20,000 nt of DNA from an uncultured virus (IMG/VR IMGVR_UViG_3300033074_001205) (IMGVR_UViG_3300033074_001205); one strand, 5' to 3'; shown: positions 1 to 9,018, counted from the first letter of the stretch. Translations and numbers: made by a program. The notes: generated by a model not told the origin, from the sequence alone.

Positions 1-1170
1 AAGAGTCCCATTAGAAATACTTACGCCCCCATACTGATTAGCACATACATTACCTATATGAAAATGCCCATTGATAGAGTGCTTAAAAGTTTTGTTAAAC
101 ATACCTAAGCATATATCTTGTGCTTTACTTATCTCAGTGGGACTATATGGTTTAAAGTTCCTCAAAGAATCACCATGAAATGCAAATATATTAGCCCCAT
201 TAATAGTTACTAAATGATATTCGTGCTTAGTATAATGGAAGTTGATGTTAGAGTGTCCTTTAGCCTTTAAAACCATCTCTAAGAACTTAGCTAACATAAT
301 TCCAAAGTTATCCCACTTATCTACTGATGTAGGTTTATCTGTCTTTCTATCATGATTAGAATTTGTTATATAAATATCAATATTATTATAATATGGAATC
401 AATACATCATACACTTTCATATAAGCTTCCACTACCTTTAACATTGAAGTAGTTACTCCATCTAAACTCGTATATACGCCCCCGTGTAAAAGTCCCTTTA
501 AATCATCGAGAAGGTGAAACATTGTTAAATCATTACTTTGTTTGTTAAAGAGAATAATCTCATTAGCAACCTTCAACATCCTCTTTTCCATAATTTCATA
601 GTTATAATTATTGTAGGGGGTTACCTCAGAAACAACTTCATCACCTCCGTGTATATCAGATAAGATAGCACAAAGTCCTTTTCTCTGTATTTGTTCTCCA
701 ATATAATCTTGTGGAATCTCTAGTTTTAAAGTTGGAAACTCCATTGATTCTATCTTCTGTTTAAAAGCTTCAATCAAATGCTCTACAACATCCTCAGTTC
801 TAGCCTCCCTCCTACTCTCTCTTCTCAAAGCATTCGCCTCATCTCTAGATAAAACTAAACTTTGATACAACTTCCTATTCTTATTACTAAGCCTATCAAC
901 ATCTTGCTCAAGCTCTTTAACAAGTTTCACCTCATTAATATTACCCTCGATACCAAGCCTATATTTCATATCTTCATATGAGCTGTATCTTCTACTTTTA
1001 GGAAATTCCAAACCAAGCCTTGCTAGAAAAGCCCTCAAAGGCATCTCTGAAACATTATATCTACTACAAAGCTCCGACCTAGACTCACCTTCTAAATAAC
1101 TCTGTATAAATTCCTCAAAGTTAAAGCCTGAGTGCTTCTCTTTAAATTTTTCTATTGTATCTTTTAACAT
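1..1170 (-). CDS. Calcineurin-like metallophosphoesterase with N-terminal HTH and coiled coil (partial, runs off left edge)
   Basis: Not in ORF track; translated manually from ATG at 1170 (MLKDTIEKFKEK...), open for 390 codons to the window edge. Motifs in order: LSDIH, LLDD, SNHD, FHGD, GHFH. HTH-like N-terminus (EEFIQSYLEGESRSELCSRYNVSEMPLRAFLARLGL). Confidence 0.85.
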   Translation of the reverse strand, partial: MLKDTIEKFKEKHSGFNFEEFIQSYLEGESRSELCSRYNVSEMPLRAFLARLGLEFPKSRRYSSYEDMKYRLGIEGNINEVKLVKELEQDVDRLSNKNRKLYQSLVLSRDEANALRRESRREARTEDVVEHLIEAFKQKIESMEFPTLKLEIPQDYIGEQIQRKGLCAILSDIHGGDEVVSEVTPYNNYNYEIMEKRMLKVANEIILFNKQSNDLTMFHLLDDLKGLLHGGVYTSLDGVTTSMLKVVEAYMKVYDVLIPYYNNIDIYITNSNHDRKTDKPTSVDKWDNFGIMLAKFLEMVLKAKGHSNINFHYTKHEYHLVTINGANIFAFHGDSLRNFKPYSPTEISKAQDICLGMFNKTFKHSINGHFHIGNVCANQYGGVSISNGTL

Positions 1171-1191
1171 TTTCCCTCTTTAATTTTAGTT

Positions 1192-1452
1192 TTAATATTC
1201 ATAAGTAATCTTAATATTTTTGGTTATTACATAAATCTCATTTGTTGCTAGAAAGGTATTCAGTTCCCTATCATCTTTAAAGTATTGTTCCCATACTTTA
1301 GCTAATTCCTCATCTAAATCCTCTACATCCTCATATTCTAACTCAGATAAGGTCATATAAAATGCACTAGGTATGCTCACTTGATAATCAGAATCTGCCG
1401 AGGCTATATCCCCAACCTTAAAACTGTGTTCTTCTTTATTTAAGTATTTCAT
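1192..1452 (-). CDS. Hypothetical acidic protein (86 aa)
   Basis: ORF track; TAATG stop/start overlap with the upstream gene; AGGAG RBS. Confidence 0.75.
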   Translation of the reverse strand: MKYLNKEEHSFKVGDIASADSDYQVSIPSAFYMTLSELEYEDVEDLDEELAKVWEQYFKDDRELNTFLATNEIYVITKNIKITYEY

Positions 1453-2597
1453 TAATCTCCTTTAATTTTAACATATTCATATTGCCCAACTTTTACAACA
1501 AAAACCTGAGCACCAACTTTAACATCTTCACCATCAAACTTTTCCAGCTCAAATTCTATTACATTCTTGCTTAATATATTCTGAAGCATAACTTTACCTT
1601 CAACATAATTAAAACCTTGTGCAATATATCTTGAAATAGTTAAGTCGGATAAATCTAATATTTCATTCCTGAAGAAAGCAAAGCCTTTAGGTCTTTTCAA
1701 CAACTCTTCAATAAACATCTCCTCATCAAAGTAGATTGAGCCTAAGCCTTTCTTTACTTCAAAACTATTCTTAAAATCTTTGAAAGCACTTAAAGAGTTA
1801 TTGATTCGCCCAAAATCGCCCAGTAAGTATCTCAAACTATTTTGTAGTGTAAATTTATCTTTGTGAATAAACTTTTCAACAACCTTCTTTTTAGTTGTTG
1901 CAATGTAACAAGTCCAAGTATTATTGCTAAAGTTTCCTATAATAGAAATCCTAGCATATTTTTTGAAGAAGTTTTCGACAAAGCTCTTATTCTCAAAGTT
2001 TGTTATAACTTCCCCATCAAGCTTATGAAAATAAATTAAGTTACATTCCTCTTCCTCAAATATTACAACAGGATATTTAGGCTTCCTGATTCTTTTCTCA
2101 ACTACCTTTACAACATCACTAGCAAAATCAGTTAGCTTAGGCTTTGGTACGAGTTTTTGCATACCAAACTTATTATAAAGTTGAATCAAAGTATCTCTGT
2201 TTAAATATGTGATATTAATTCTTTTGTAAAACTTTATCAAGAACTGCTCAACATCTTTGTTCTCACAGCTTGAAACAAACAGCAATACCTCAGTCATTAG
2301 CTCAGTTGATGTATTAGCTTTCTGTGCTGAATAATGTAGCTGAACTAAGTTAAGTTTATGCTGTGTACTATTCTCAAAATTAGCTTGAAGAAAGCCTCCT
2401 TTAAAGGTTTCCCCATAAAGAAGTTGGTTCAAGTAAATTGAAATAAGATACTTTATCTGAGAATGTTGCATAGCTTGTTCTAAATACTCTGTTAATACTT
2501 TGAGCCTAATTTCTTCTTCAGGGAATCTTGCTAGGGATTCCGTGAACTGGTAGAAGTCAAGAATGTAGAAGTATTTAATGTTGTAATTGTTTTTCAT
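1452..2597 (-). CDS. Hypothetical protein, probable degenerate ATP-dependent DNA ligase-like (T4 gp30-type) fold
   Basis: 381-aa ORF with GGAG RBS. Helical N-terminus followed by KLVPKPK...KYPVVIF recalls T4 ligase GLIPEQP...KFPAFAQLKADG, but EEEC occupies the KxDG position. By-eye alignment only. Confidence 0.5.
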   Translation of the reverse strand: MKNNYNIKYFYILDFYQFTESLARFPEEEIRLKVLTEYLEQAMQHSQIKYLISIYLNQLLYGETFKGGFLQANFENSTQHKLNLVQLHYSAQKANTSTELMTEVLLFVSSCENKDVEQFLIKFYKRINITYLNRDTLIQLYNKFGMQKLVPKPKLTDFASDVVKVVEKRIRKPKYPVVIFEEEECNLIYFHKLDGEVITNFENKSFVENFFKKYARISIIGNFSNNTWTCYIATTKKKVVEKFIHKDKFTLQNSLRYLLGDFGRINNSLSAFKDFKNSFEVKKGLGSIYFDEEMFIEELLKRPKGFAFFRNEILDLSDLTISRYIAQGFNYVEGKVMLQNILSKNVIEFELEKFDGEDVKVGAQVFVVKVGQYEYVKIKGD

Positions 2598-2763
2598 TAA
2601 CTTTCTCCAACAAAATTATTAAGCCAAGTGTTTCATAACTTAATTCCTCAACTCTTAATATATCAAACAACTGTTCAACACTTTCATAAACCTTTGCTTG
2701 AAATTCCTTTGATTCATTTATCATTAGTTTGTCTAATGTGAATCTTATTGATATTTTGTTCAT
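2575..2763 (-). CDS. Hypothetical protein (62 aa)
   Basis: ORF track; ATGA overlap with upstream mini-ORF, overlaps downstream gene start. Confidence 0.7.
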   Translation of the reverse strand: MNKISIRFTLDKLMINESKEFQAKVYESVEQLFDILRVEELSYETLGLIILLEKVNEKQLQH

Positions 2764-2855
2764 TTCGATTCCACCTTGTACTTATAATAAAATATTCCTA
2801 ACACGATTGAGTTAAAACTTAACCAAGCTAAGATTCCTATTTCTAATAATGTCAT
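2760..2855 (-). CDS. Small single-pass membrane peptide (31 aa, MTLLEIGILAWLSFNSIVLGIFYYKYKVESK)
   Basis: Below ORF-track cutoff; AAGGA RBS; hydrophobic stretch followed by basic residues; stop overlaps next ATG (ATGA). Confidence 0.65.
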   Translation of the reverse strand: MTLLEIGILAWLSFNSIVLGIFYYKYKVESK

Positions 2856-2869
2856 TTAAAATTCCTTTA

Positions 2870-3043
2870 CTACCTGTTATAATAATCACACAAAGATGTG
2901 TTTGAGTTTTGTTCCATCCATTTTATCATCTCTTCATATTCTTTAATTTTTACCTCGTATCTTTCAATAGTTTCATACAACATCTCTGCAACTACTTTAG
3001 GGCTATTCATTAAATATCCTTGTATTACTTGTTCTTTTGTCAT
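2870..3043 (-). CDS. Hypothetical helical protein (57 aa, MTKEQVIQGYLMNSPKVVAEMLYETIERY...)
   Basis: Below ORF-track cutoff; AAAGGA RBS; directly downstream of promoter motif at 3077-3109. Confidence 0.7.
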   Translation of the reverse strand: MTKEQVIQGYLMNSPKVVAEMLYETIERYEVKIKEYEEMIKWMEQNSNTSLCDYYNR

Positions 3044-3076
3044 TTTCTAATCCTTTCTAATATTATTTCAATAGGA

Positions 3077-3109
3077 ATCTTACAAGAAGACTCCTTTCAT
3101 ATAGCTTAA
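3077..3109 (-). promoter_or_regulatory. Putative promoter TTAAGCTATATGAAAG-N11-TAAGAT
   Basis: Same spacing as six other intergenic sites; overlaps the AGGAGTCTT/AAGATTCCT inverted repeat. Confidence 0.6.
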
Positions 3110-3153
3110 TTGATTTATTTTGTTGTGATTGTTTTTAAGTGTAGGAGGGAAAC

Positions 3154-4845
3154 TTATTCAGTTTCCCATTTTAGTTTTGAGCAGTCGTTCTGCCGAGTGA
3201 TTGTTAGTGTATTATCTACATTCTTAATCACTTGATTATGACTAACTATAAAGATAAGTTTATTAGGAAACTTATACTTAATTTTATTCAGTAATAGTGA
3301 AATAGATTCCACACCAGTTGCATCCACTGCTGATAGAATTTCATCTAGGAATAAAACATTGATAGAGATTCCTGTTAGGATTTCTACTGTTTTATTTAAA
3401 GCTAAGCTTATTAGGAGCATAATCCTGCTCTTAAAACCAGAACTTAAACTGTTATAATTTAGTATAATTTCGGAGTCATCTACAAATAACTCAAAACCAA
3501 CATTTTTACTTTTATTAATACTAATCTTATAATTAGTACCTAGAAGCTCTTTACCTAGCTCATATAGCTCTGAGTTAAACAATGCCAGAAAAAGTTCCAC
3601 ACGTTCTTTTATATATCCTTTTGAGCTTGTAGATTGTGATATTAATTCTAAAATATATACCTTATCCTCAAGTTCGGTTAACTCTGTTTGTTTTGTTATT
3701 AATAGATTAATTGCATCAGTTCTTTGCTCCATTAAACTATCTCTAATACTTTCCTGTTTTTCAGCATTAGCTTGATTATCTTTCCCTGCCTTATATTGTT
3801 GCAAAGTATTTCTATTAACACTTATCTCAGATGCTACCTTACTAAGCTCTTCCTCAATAGTTTTTAGCTCAGCTTTTTTTGTTAAAACTTTCTCAAAAAT
3901 ACTTTCAATATCTTTCTTTAAGTTTTTAATTAAACTTTTATCCGTCTTAGGCAAAAGCTTATCTGTACTTTGCTGACAAGTTGGGCAACTACCAGATTTA
4001 ATTAATGCTTCTTCTTTAGTTAAAGTAGATTCTAAATGTTTAAGCTCTGACTTTAACTCTATTTCCTGCTTTGTAATTTGTTCTAACTCCTTCTTAACCT
4101 TATCATAGTTTTTCTTTATAATCTCTCGCATATCATCTTGCCTAGATATATCAGCAGATAGTGTATTAATTAACTCAGTAAAGTCTGTCTTATCAAATGT
4201 AGGGACTAAGTCTAATTGTTTACTTAGATTCTCCACTTGTTGCTGGTACATATTAATTTCCTTAATCTGCATATTCACTTCACCTTTGTAGGTTTTTAAA
4301 TCTGCTGAGGATTTCTTATTTATATCATTTATGAACTCAATAGATAATAAACTTTGAATAAATTTACTCTGAGCATCATTGGACACATTTGAGAACAGAC
4401 TCTGCGTTGATGGGCTTACATAAATAAGCTGTGAAAATAGAAAGAAAGATAATCCTAATATATCTTCCATTTCAGATAATACATCTTTCTTCCTCGTAAA
4501 ATCTAATAAGACTCCATCTTTGTAGATTTTACATAAATTGTTTTCATAATCATTCTTTATTACATAATCTATACCATCTCGCTCAACTGTAATAGTTACT
4601 GCTGGTTTTTGCCCAGTATATAAATTGCCCATCTTTTCAATAGTTATGTTTGCTAAGTTCTTACCAAATAACCCTTGAAGGATTACATCAGGTAGTGTGC
4701 TTTTACCTACTGAGTTGGATTGAAATAAAGGATTATCTAAATTAGAACCCTCAAGACTAATTATCCCAGATTTATCCTCAAAACTTATTTCAGTATCTTT
4801 TAACAATTTAAAGGTATTAATATCTAAATGTTTAATTTTTATCAT
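3154..4845 (-). CDS. SbcC/Rad50-like SMC ATPase (gp46/D13-type recombination nuclease subunit)
   Basis: Walker A SNSVGKST, long coiled coil with central zinc hook CPTC, signature LSSGFK, Walker B LFLDE, H-loop IVSHN; adjacent to SbcD-like gene. Confidence 0.95.
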   Translation of the reverse strand: MIKIKHLDINTFKLLKDTEISFEDKSGIISLEGSNLDNPLFQSNSVGKSTLPDVILQGLFGKNLANITIEKMGNLYTGQKPAVTITVERDGIDYVIKNDYENNLCKIYKDGVLLDFTRKKDVLSEMEDILGLSFFLFSQLIYVSPSTQSLFSNVSNDAQSKFIQSLLSIEFINDINKKSSADLKTYKGEVNMQIKEINMYQQQVENLSKQLDLVPTFDKTDFTELINTLSADISRQDDMREIIKKNYDKVKKELEQITKQEIELKSELKHLESTLTKEEALIKSGSCPTCQQSTDKLLPKTDKSLIKNLKKDIESIFEKVLTKKAELKTIEEELSKVASEISVNRNTLQQYKAGKDNQANAEKQESIRDSLMEQRTDAINLLITKQTELTELEDKVYILELISQSTSSKGYIKERVELFLALFNSELYELGKELLGTNYKISINKSKNVGFELFVDDSEIILNYNSLSSGFKSRIMLLISLALNKTVEILTGISINVLFLDEILSAVDATGVESISLLLNKIKYKFPNKLIFIVSHNQVIKNVDNTLTITRQNDCSKLKWETE

Positions 4846-5905
4846 TTATAGCTCCCACATCATAGCTATGATAGGTTCTTTTAATATTCTCAACCAAATC
4901 ATTTCTACTATTATTTTTTAATATAAATTCCAACAAGTTATTTGATACATCTTTTGAGGATAATGACTCAACTACTTTTTTAGCAATTTCATTATTCTGT
5001 TTCTCAAAAACTAAATCTGTAATACTTGGCTCAATTACTGCAAAATGTTTATAGTTATTTACATTAATTTGCTTTAAATTATGCTTCTTATCTTGAATAA
5101 CACATTTATAGAAGTTATTATTCAATAAAGCATCTTGTTCTAAACTCTCAATATCTTCTAAAAACTTTTTTACAGAGGGATACACACGTTTATATTTCCT
5201 ATGAGTACTTGTAAGGGTATCTGCCCACTTCCATTCTAAAGTGCTCTCATTTAAAAGCAACACGCTAGGTTGATGGTCGGGTAACTCATTTGAGGAGCCA
5301 AATGAGGTATCTATAGGTGACCCTGTATATACAATATTATCGTAGGTTAATTTCCAATGTATGTCCCCCAAAATCACTAAAGCAGCCTTATGATTTAGTA
5401 ATGAAACATCTATCTCATCTGAGGCTATACCAGTAATCCCACTACGAAAATGACTAAACACTATATTATAGTTCTTACTAAGTTTTTCTAACTTACTTAT
5501 ATTTCCGTGGCTACAATATAAGGTATTATCTACCTCAATATAATCATAAACTTTTACTCCATAATTATCCCACCATTTTACTTTCATTAAATTGGGATAA
5601 TACTTCTTCTCCTTAAGACCCTCAATTAGACAATGATTCCCACTTAGCATAATTATTTCTAAATCTTTTTCTTTTAAACTCAACATAAAGTTGTGGAATA
5701 ATTCTAATGAAGTTCCTATTGGAGGTGAATCAAAGGTATCCCCTGCTAAAACTAATTTAGTTATTTCATATTCATCTATTATATCTAAGATTTTATTTTG
5801 GGCTTCCTTTTGGGCTTTCTCTTCAAAATCTTCTAAATCTTTATTCTTATACTTCCTATCAGTTAGATGATAATCTGCTAATACTAAGGTTTTAAAGTTG
5901 CTCAT
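4832..5905 (-). CDS. SbcD/Mre11-like nuclease (gp47/D12-type)
   Basis: Phosphoesterase motifs LADYH, AGDTFD, SGNH, SHG, GDIH, YTGSP; overlaps SbcC-like start. Confidence 0.93.
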   Translation of the reverse strand: MSNFKTLVLADYHLTDRKYKNKDLEDFEEKAQKEAQNKILDIIDEYEITKLVLAGDTFDSPPIGTSLELFHNFMLSLKEKDLEIIMLSGNHCLIEGLKEKKYYPNLMKVKWWDNYGVKVYDYIEVDNTLYCSHGNISKLEKLSKNYNIVFSHFRSGITGIASDEIDVSLLNHKAALVILGDIHWKLTYDNIVYTGSPIDTSFGSSNELPDHQPSVLLLNESTLEWKWADTLTSTHRKYKRVYPSVKKFLEDIESLEQDALLNNNFYKCVIQDKKHNLKQINVNNYKHFAVIEPSITDLVFEKQNNEIAKKVVESLSSKDVSNNLLEFILKNNSRNDLVENIKRTYHSYDVGAINDKN

Positions 5906-6591
5906 TTTATTTCCTTGTTGTAATCTGTTGAAAGCTTATGTGGTAGATTATTCTCAATTATGTAATTGTCTCTTGCGAGGACTGCTTCTTCTTTTGTTTT
6001 AAATGTTCCTATATTAAATCTTATTTTATTTAAATCAATAAAAGTCCTCCACTTATTATTTTTATTATTCCCATAAACTCCCACAAAACCTGAGGTATTA
6101 TTCTTTTGTATTCTTTGGTTTGTACATTGAGTTGTTTTATCTACCCACCTACAATTTTCAGGAGAGTAACCTTTATCATTATCAATTCTATCTAAAGTCA
6201 TACCATCAACATAAGTTTGGTCGCACCAAGCTACAAAATTTCTAACATCAAGCCACTCCTTACAAACTGTGATTCCACGCCCCCCATAATGTATGTAAGT
6301 ATGATTTTTAAGGTTAGCACACCTATCTAACATAGCAACCCACCTATTATAAAATTTATTTTGATGGAGTCCATGGGTGATTTGTGCTTCTCGAGTGTTA
6401 CAACCACAACTTTTAGTATCACCACACTTAACATTCTGCACCATAGTTTCAAACTCTTTACCACAATATTGGCACTCATATATCCCGTATTTACACCTTT
6501 GTCGGCTTGTCTCTGTAGGCTTTCTTAAATAGGTTTCACCTACCAACTTAGGTGTCATATCCTTTATCTCTTCTTCCATCAAATTCCCCAT
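5902..6591 (-). CDS. Free-standing HNH homing endonuclease with N-terminal Zn finger and C-terminal AP2 domain (copy 1)
   Basis: CQYC...SCGC, YGGRGITVC, LDRIDNDKGYSPENCRW, NNTSGFVGV...KWR...IGTFKTKEEAVLARD. Alternative start at 6579 (TGATG coupling). Confidence 0.92.
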   Translation of the reverse strand: MGNLMEEEIKDMTPKLVGETYLRKPTETSRQRCKYGIYECQYCGKEFETMVQNVKCGDTKSCGCNTREAQITHGLHQNKFYNRWVAMLDRCANLKNHTYIHYGGRGITVCKEWLDVRNFVAWCDQTYVDGMTLDRIDNDKGYSPENCRWVDKTTQCTNQRIQKNNTSGFVGVYGNNKNNKWRTFIDLNKIRFNIGTFKTKEEAVLARDNYIIENNLPHKLSTDYNKEIK

Positions 6592-7514
6592 TCTAACTCC
6601 TCCATTAAACCTGCCTCACCGATTTCATATAAATACAATTCTAATTCATCACTTATCTGTCCGCTAGGTTTCCAATTCAATAAATCCTGCTTCAATTTTT
6701 CAAACTCCCTTTCTTGTTTTTCTGTTAATTTATCCCTATTAGTAAATATACTAATTAACTCCCAGTTTAACTTTATCTTCTCTAATCCTACATCTTCTTT
6801 AATAGCTGTTAGAGCTTTTATTATGTGGTGTTTATTCCGAGTAGTTGCTCCTTCAATTTCTAAAACATTATCTAAATCAAAATCCTGCATTGCTTTAAAT
6901 GTTTTGAAATGATTAACAAGCATTAGAGAAGTTTTTTCACCAGTAAATCCAGTTATGGAATCAATTTTATCGCCGTTGAGGCACTGATACATCTTGAATT
7001 TAGTCTGAGATAAACTTTTAAGCTTAGCCTCAAAGTCATATTGTTTCCCTGATTTAGTATCATATAAATTCCTACAAGGAATTGCAGTATATAAATCCTT
7101 ATCAGCACTAAGTATTAATACCTCATAACCTTCTTCTGTCAACTCTTTAAATAATATCCCCAAGATGTCATCACACTCAAGCTCATAAATATTTCTATAA
7201 AAGAAAATATCATTAAATTTATGTAAGTTTTTATTAAATTGTCTCATCTCAAGAAGCCTAGCAGAAGCCTTATCATCTAATTTCTTATTAGCAACTGCTC
7301 TATCTCCTTTATAATTTTCTAATAATTTCTTCCTATAACTTGAGTGCCCAGAATCTCCTATACAATAAATTGCATCAACACCTATTGCAAGTTTTAATGC
7401 TCTTAGTGTATCAATTAAACCTGCTCCAAACTTTGCTTCATTCTTACCTAATCTGATATTATGTAGTATAATCGATGTGTCTAATAATGCAATAACTTTT
7501 TTACTTTCCTTCAC
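6579..7514 (-). CDS. 5'-3' exonuclease / flap endonuclease (T5 D15 / T4 RNase H family)
   Basis: LLD, DSGHSSYRKKLLENYKGDR, ELECDDILG, LSADKDL, helix-hairpin-helix GDKIDSITGFTGEKTS; GTG start with AAGGAG RBS. Confidence 0.93.
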   Translation of the reverse strand: MKESKKVIALLDTSIILHNIRLGKNEAKFGAGLIDTLRALKLAIGVDAIYCIGDSGHSSYRKKLLENYKGDRAVANKKLDDKASARLLEMRQFNKNLHKFNDIFFYRNIYELECDDILGILFKELTEEGYEVLILSADKDLYTAIPCRNLYDTKSGKQYDFEAKLKSLSQTKFKMYQCLNGDKIDSITGFTGEKTSLMLVNHFKTFKAMQDFDLDNVLEIEGATTRNKHHIIKALTAIKEDVGLEKIKLNWELISIFTNRDKLTEKQEREFEKLKQDLLNWKPSGQISDELELYLYEIGEAGLMEELEWGI

Positions 7515-7711
7515 AAATTCTCCTTTCTCTTTTTGTTATGAACTTCTCGTTCTAAATAATTAATATAATTTAATCTACTACCCTCAGACTTATCCATATA
7601 TCTATCCATTGAGGTTAAATTAAGACCTAAATATTTCTCCAGCTCTATTACATATTCACTCTGCCAAAGTCCACCCATCTTTTTAAACTCAATTAGTGTT
7701 AAACATTTCAT
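7511..7711 (-). CDS. Hypothetical protein (66 aa)
   Basis: ORF track; overlaps both neighbours. Confidence 0.7.
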   Translation of the reverse strand: MKCLTLIEFKKMGGLWQSEYVIELEKYLGLNLTSMDRYMDKSEGSRLNYINYLEREVHNKKRKENL

Positions 7712-7883
7712 CCCTAACCCTTTCTCCCTCTCTCCAAAGATAAACTCTACCTAACCTACTCAGCTTTATTCTCTCATGCCATATTAAATTGTTTCTAATA
7801 AATTTAAGTGCATCTTTAATATTATCAAACTCATCATAATAGGAAAAATAGCCATATCTACATACTATGTATTTATCCCTCAT
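7689..7883 (-). CDS. Hypothetical protein (64 aa)
   Basis: ORF track; ATGA coupling with the upstream gene; GAGG RBS-like sequence. Confidence 0.65.
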   Translation of the reverse strand: MRDKYIVCRYGYFSYYDEFDNIKDALKFIRNNLIWHERIKLSRLGRVYLWREGERVRDEMFNTN

Positions 7884-8533
7884 CTAACCCACCTCATATC
7901 CAACACATTCTCACCTAAACCCAGCACAAATCCTTTATTAACTTTCTGCCCAGACTTACACCTAAACACCTGCATCTTCTCCAAATCGCTATCTCTACAA
8001 AACTTATTCACAGCAATCTCTCTTGTACTAAAATCTTGCTCAAAATTTCCTTCAGCCCATTCCTTATCAATCAAGTAAGTTAAAACCCTCATAGAGCTAC
8101 CATACTTGGCTAATATGATAATCAAACCTTTCGGTAATAGTTTGAGCTTCCTTAAGATAGATTGGGGCAAATAGCTATGCTTATGACCTTGTAATGACGT
8201 GTTATACAAATACAATTCATTAACATCTGCTGGGATATATAAAAAATCATTCTTAGCATAGTACCCATCAATTTCATCCATTGAAACTAAGTGCATTGAA
8301 AAGTTTGGCAAGTCATCTTTCACAAGAATCTTTTTAAAAACTGGTTCAAACTGTTTCAACTTAATATAGAATGGAATATTTTCCAACTTAACCTTATCTT
8401 TACCTTTATAATAATCTTGTAGCCATAGAACCCAATCAGGTGAAATCCTTCTAAGGTCTTTTAATGGAATCTTATCCAGAGAAAGTAATGTGAGGAAGGA
8501 TATAGCTCTTGCTTGGTTTAGGGATTTATTCAT
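7880..8533 (-). CDS. Hypothetical protein (217 aa), possibly a highly degenerate AAA+/DnaC-like fold
   Basis: ORF is solid (AAAGGA RBS). The fold guess rests only on strand/helix alternation IPFYIK-helix-MHLVS-helix-ELYLYN-helix-GLIIIL. Confidence 0.6.
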   Translation of the reverse strand: MNKSLNQARAISFLTLLSLDKIPLKDLRRISPDWVLWLQDYYKGKDKVKLENIPFYIKLKQFEPVFKKILVKDDLPNFSMHLVSMDEIDGYYAKNDFLYIPADVNELYLYNTSLQGHKHSYLPQSILRKLKLLPKGLIIILAKYGSSMRVLTYLIDKEWAEGNFEQDFSTREIAVNKFCRDSDLEKMQVFRCKSGQKVNKGFVLGLGENVLDMRWVR

Positions 8534-8732
8534 CTAATTTTCCTTTCAAAAATTTTGGATTACAAACTCGGTCAAGTTCTAAGATTAATATATCTAAATC
8601 ATAATCTTTACAATCAAACCTTATCATAGAGCTGTCTGTGAAAAATATGACTATTACTCCTGCTTTTTCTTCAAAACTATATGTCTGAATTTGGTCAACA
8701 TTTATTCTATGTGTTCCTATACAAATGTACAT
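8526..8732 (-). CDS. Hypothetical small beta-rich protein (68 aa)
   Basis: ORF track; AAAGGAATTAAAATG leader downstream of a consensus promoter. Confidence 0.8.
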   Translation of the reverse strand: MYICIGTHRINVDQIQTYSFEEKAGVIVIFFTDSSMIRFDCKDYDLDILILELDRVCNPKFLKGKLDE

Positions 8733-8767
8733 TTTAATTCCTTTCTTGTTTATTTATTTAACAGTGT

Positions 8768-8800
8768 ATTGTATGATTAGTTTGCTTAAAGTTTTATTAA
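8768..8800 (-). promoter_or_regulatory. Putative promoter TTAATAAAACTTTAAG-N11-TACAAT
   Basis: 16-mer identical to those at 9036-9051 and 16157-16172, with the same 11-nt spacer to a -10 hexamer. Confidence 0.8.
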
Positions 8801-9012
8801 GAGTGTATATAATTGCAGTTAGTTGTGGGTATTGTAGTTATTATGTAAGTATAAGGTTATGTATGTTTTATGTATATTTTAGTGTTTATTTGGTGAAATG
8901 TGTAGGTTTTATGTATGTGGTAAGAAGATTGTAATTGCTGTTTTATTAACAATTACAATCTTAGTTTAAACTCTCTAAAAAAGATTACGAGAGTTAGGTT
9001 TTATTTTAGAGT
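8801..9012 (-). other. ORF-less structured element: candidate ncRNA or replication origin
   Basis: Lies downstream of a consensus promoter with no RBS/ORF; hairpins at 8969-8995 and 8925-8962; no C on + strand over 8817-8937; TTATGTA x4. Confidence 0.45.
8925..8962. terminator. 13-bp perfect inverted repeat AAGATTGTAATTG/CAATTACAATCTT (terminator-like hairpin)
   Basis: Read directly from the sequence; extends to 15 bp with one G-U pair in the minus-strand RNA; followed by only a weak U-tract. Confidence 0.55.
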
Positions 9013-9018
9013 AATGAA

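Noticed and set aside
8725..8934. + strand 69-aa hydrophobic ORF
   Set aside because: By-product of the T/G-rich, C-free tract; no RBS; overlaps a minus-strand gene start and promoter. A type I toxin-like peptide cannot be fully excluded.
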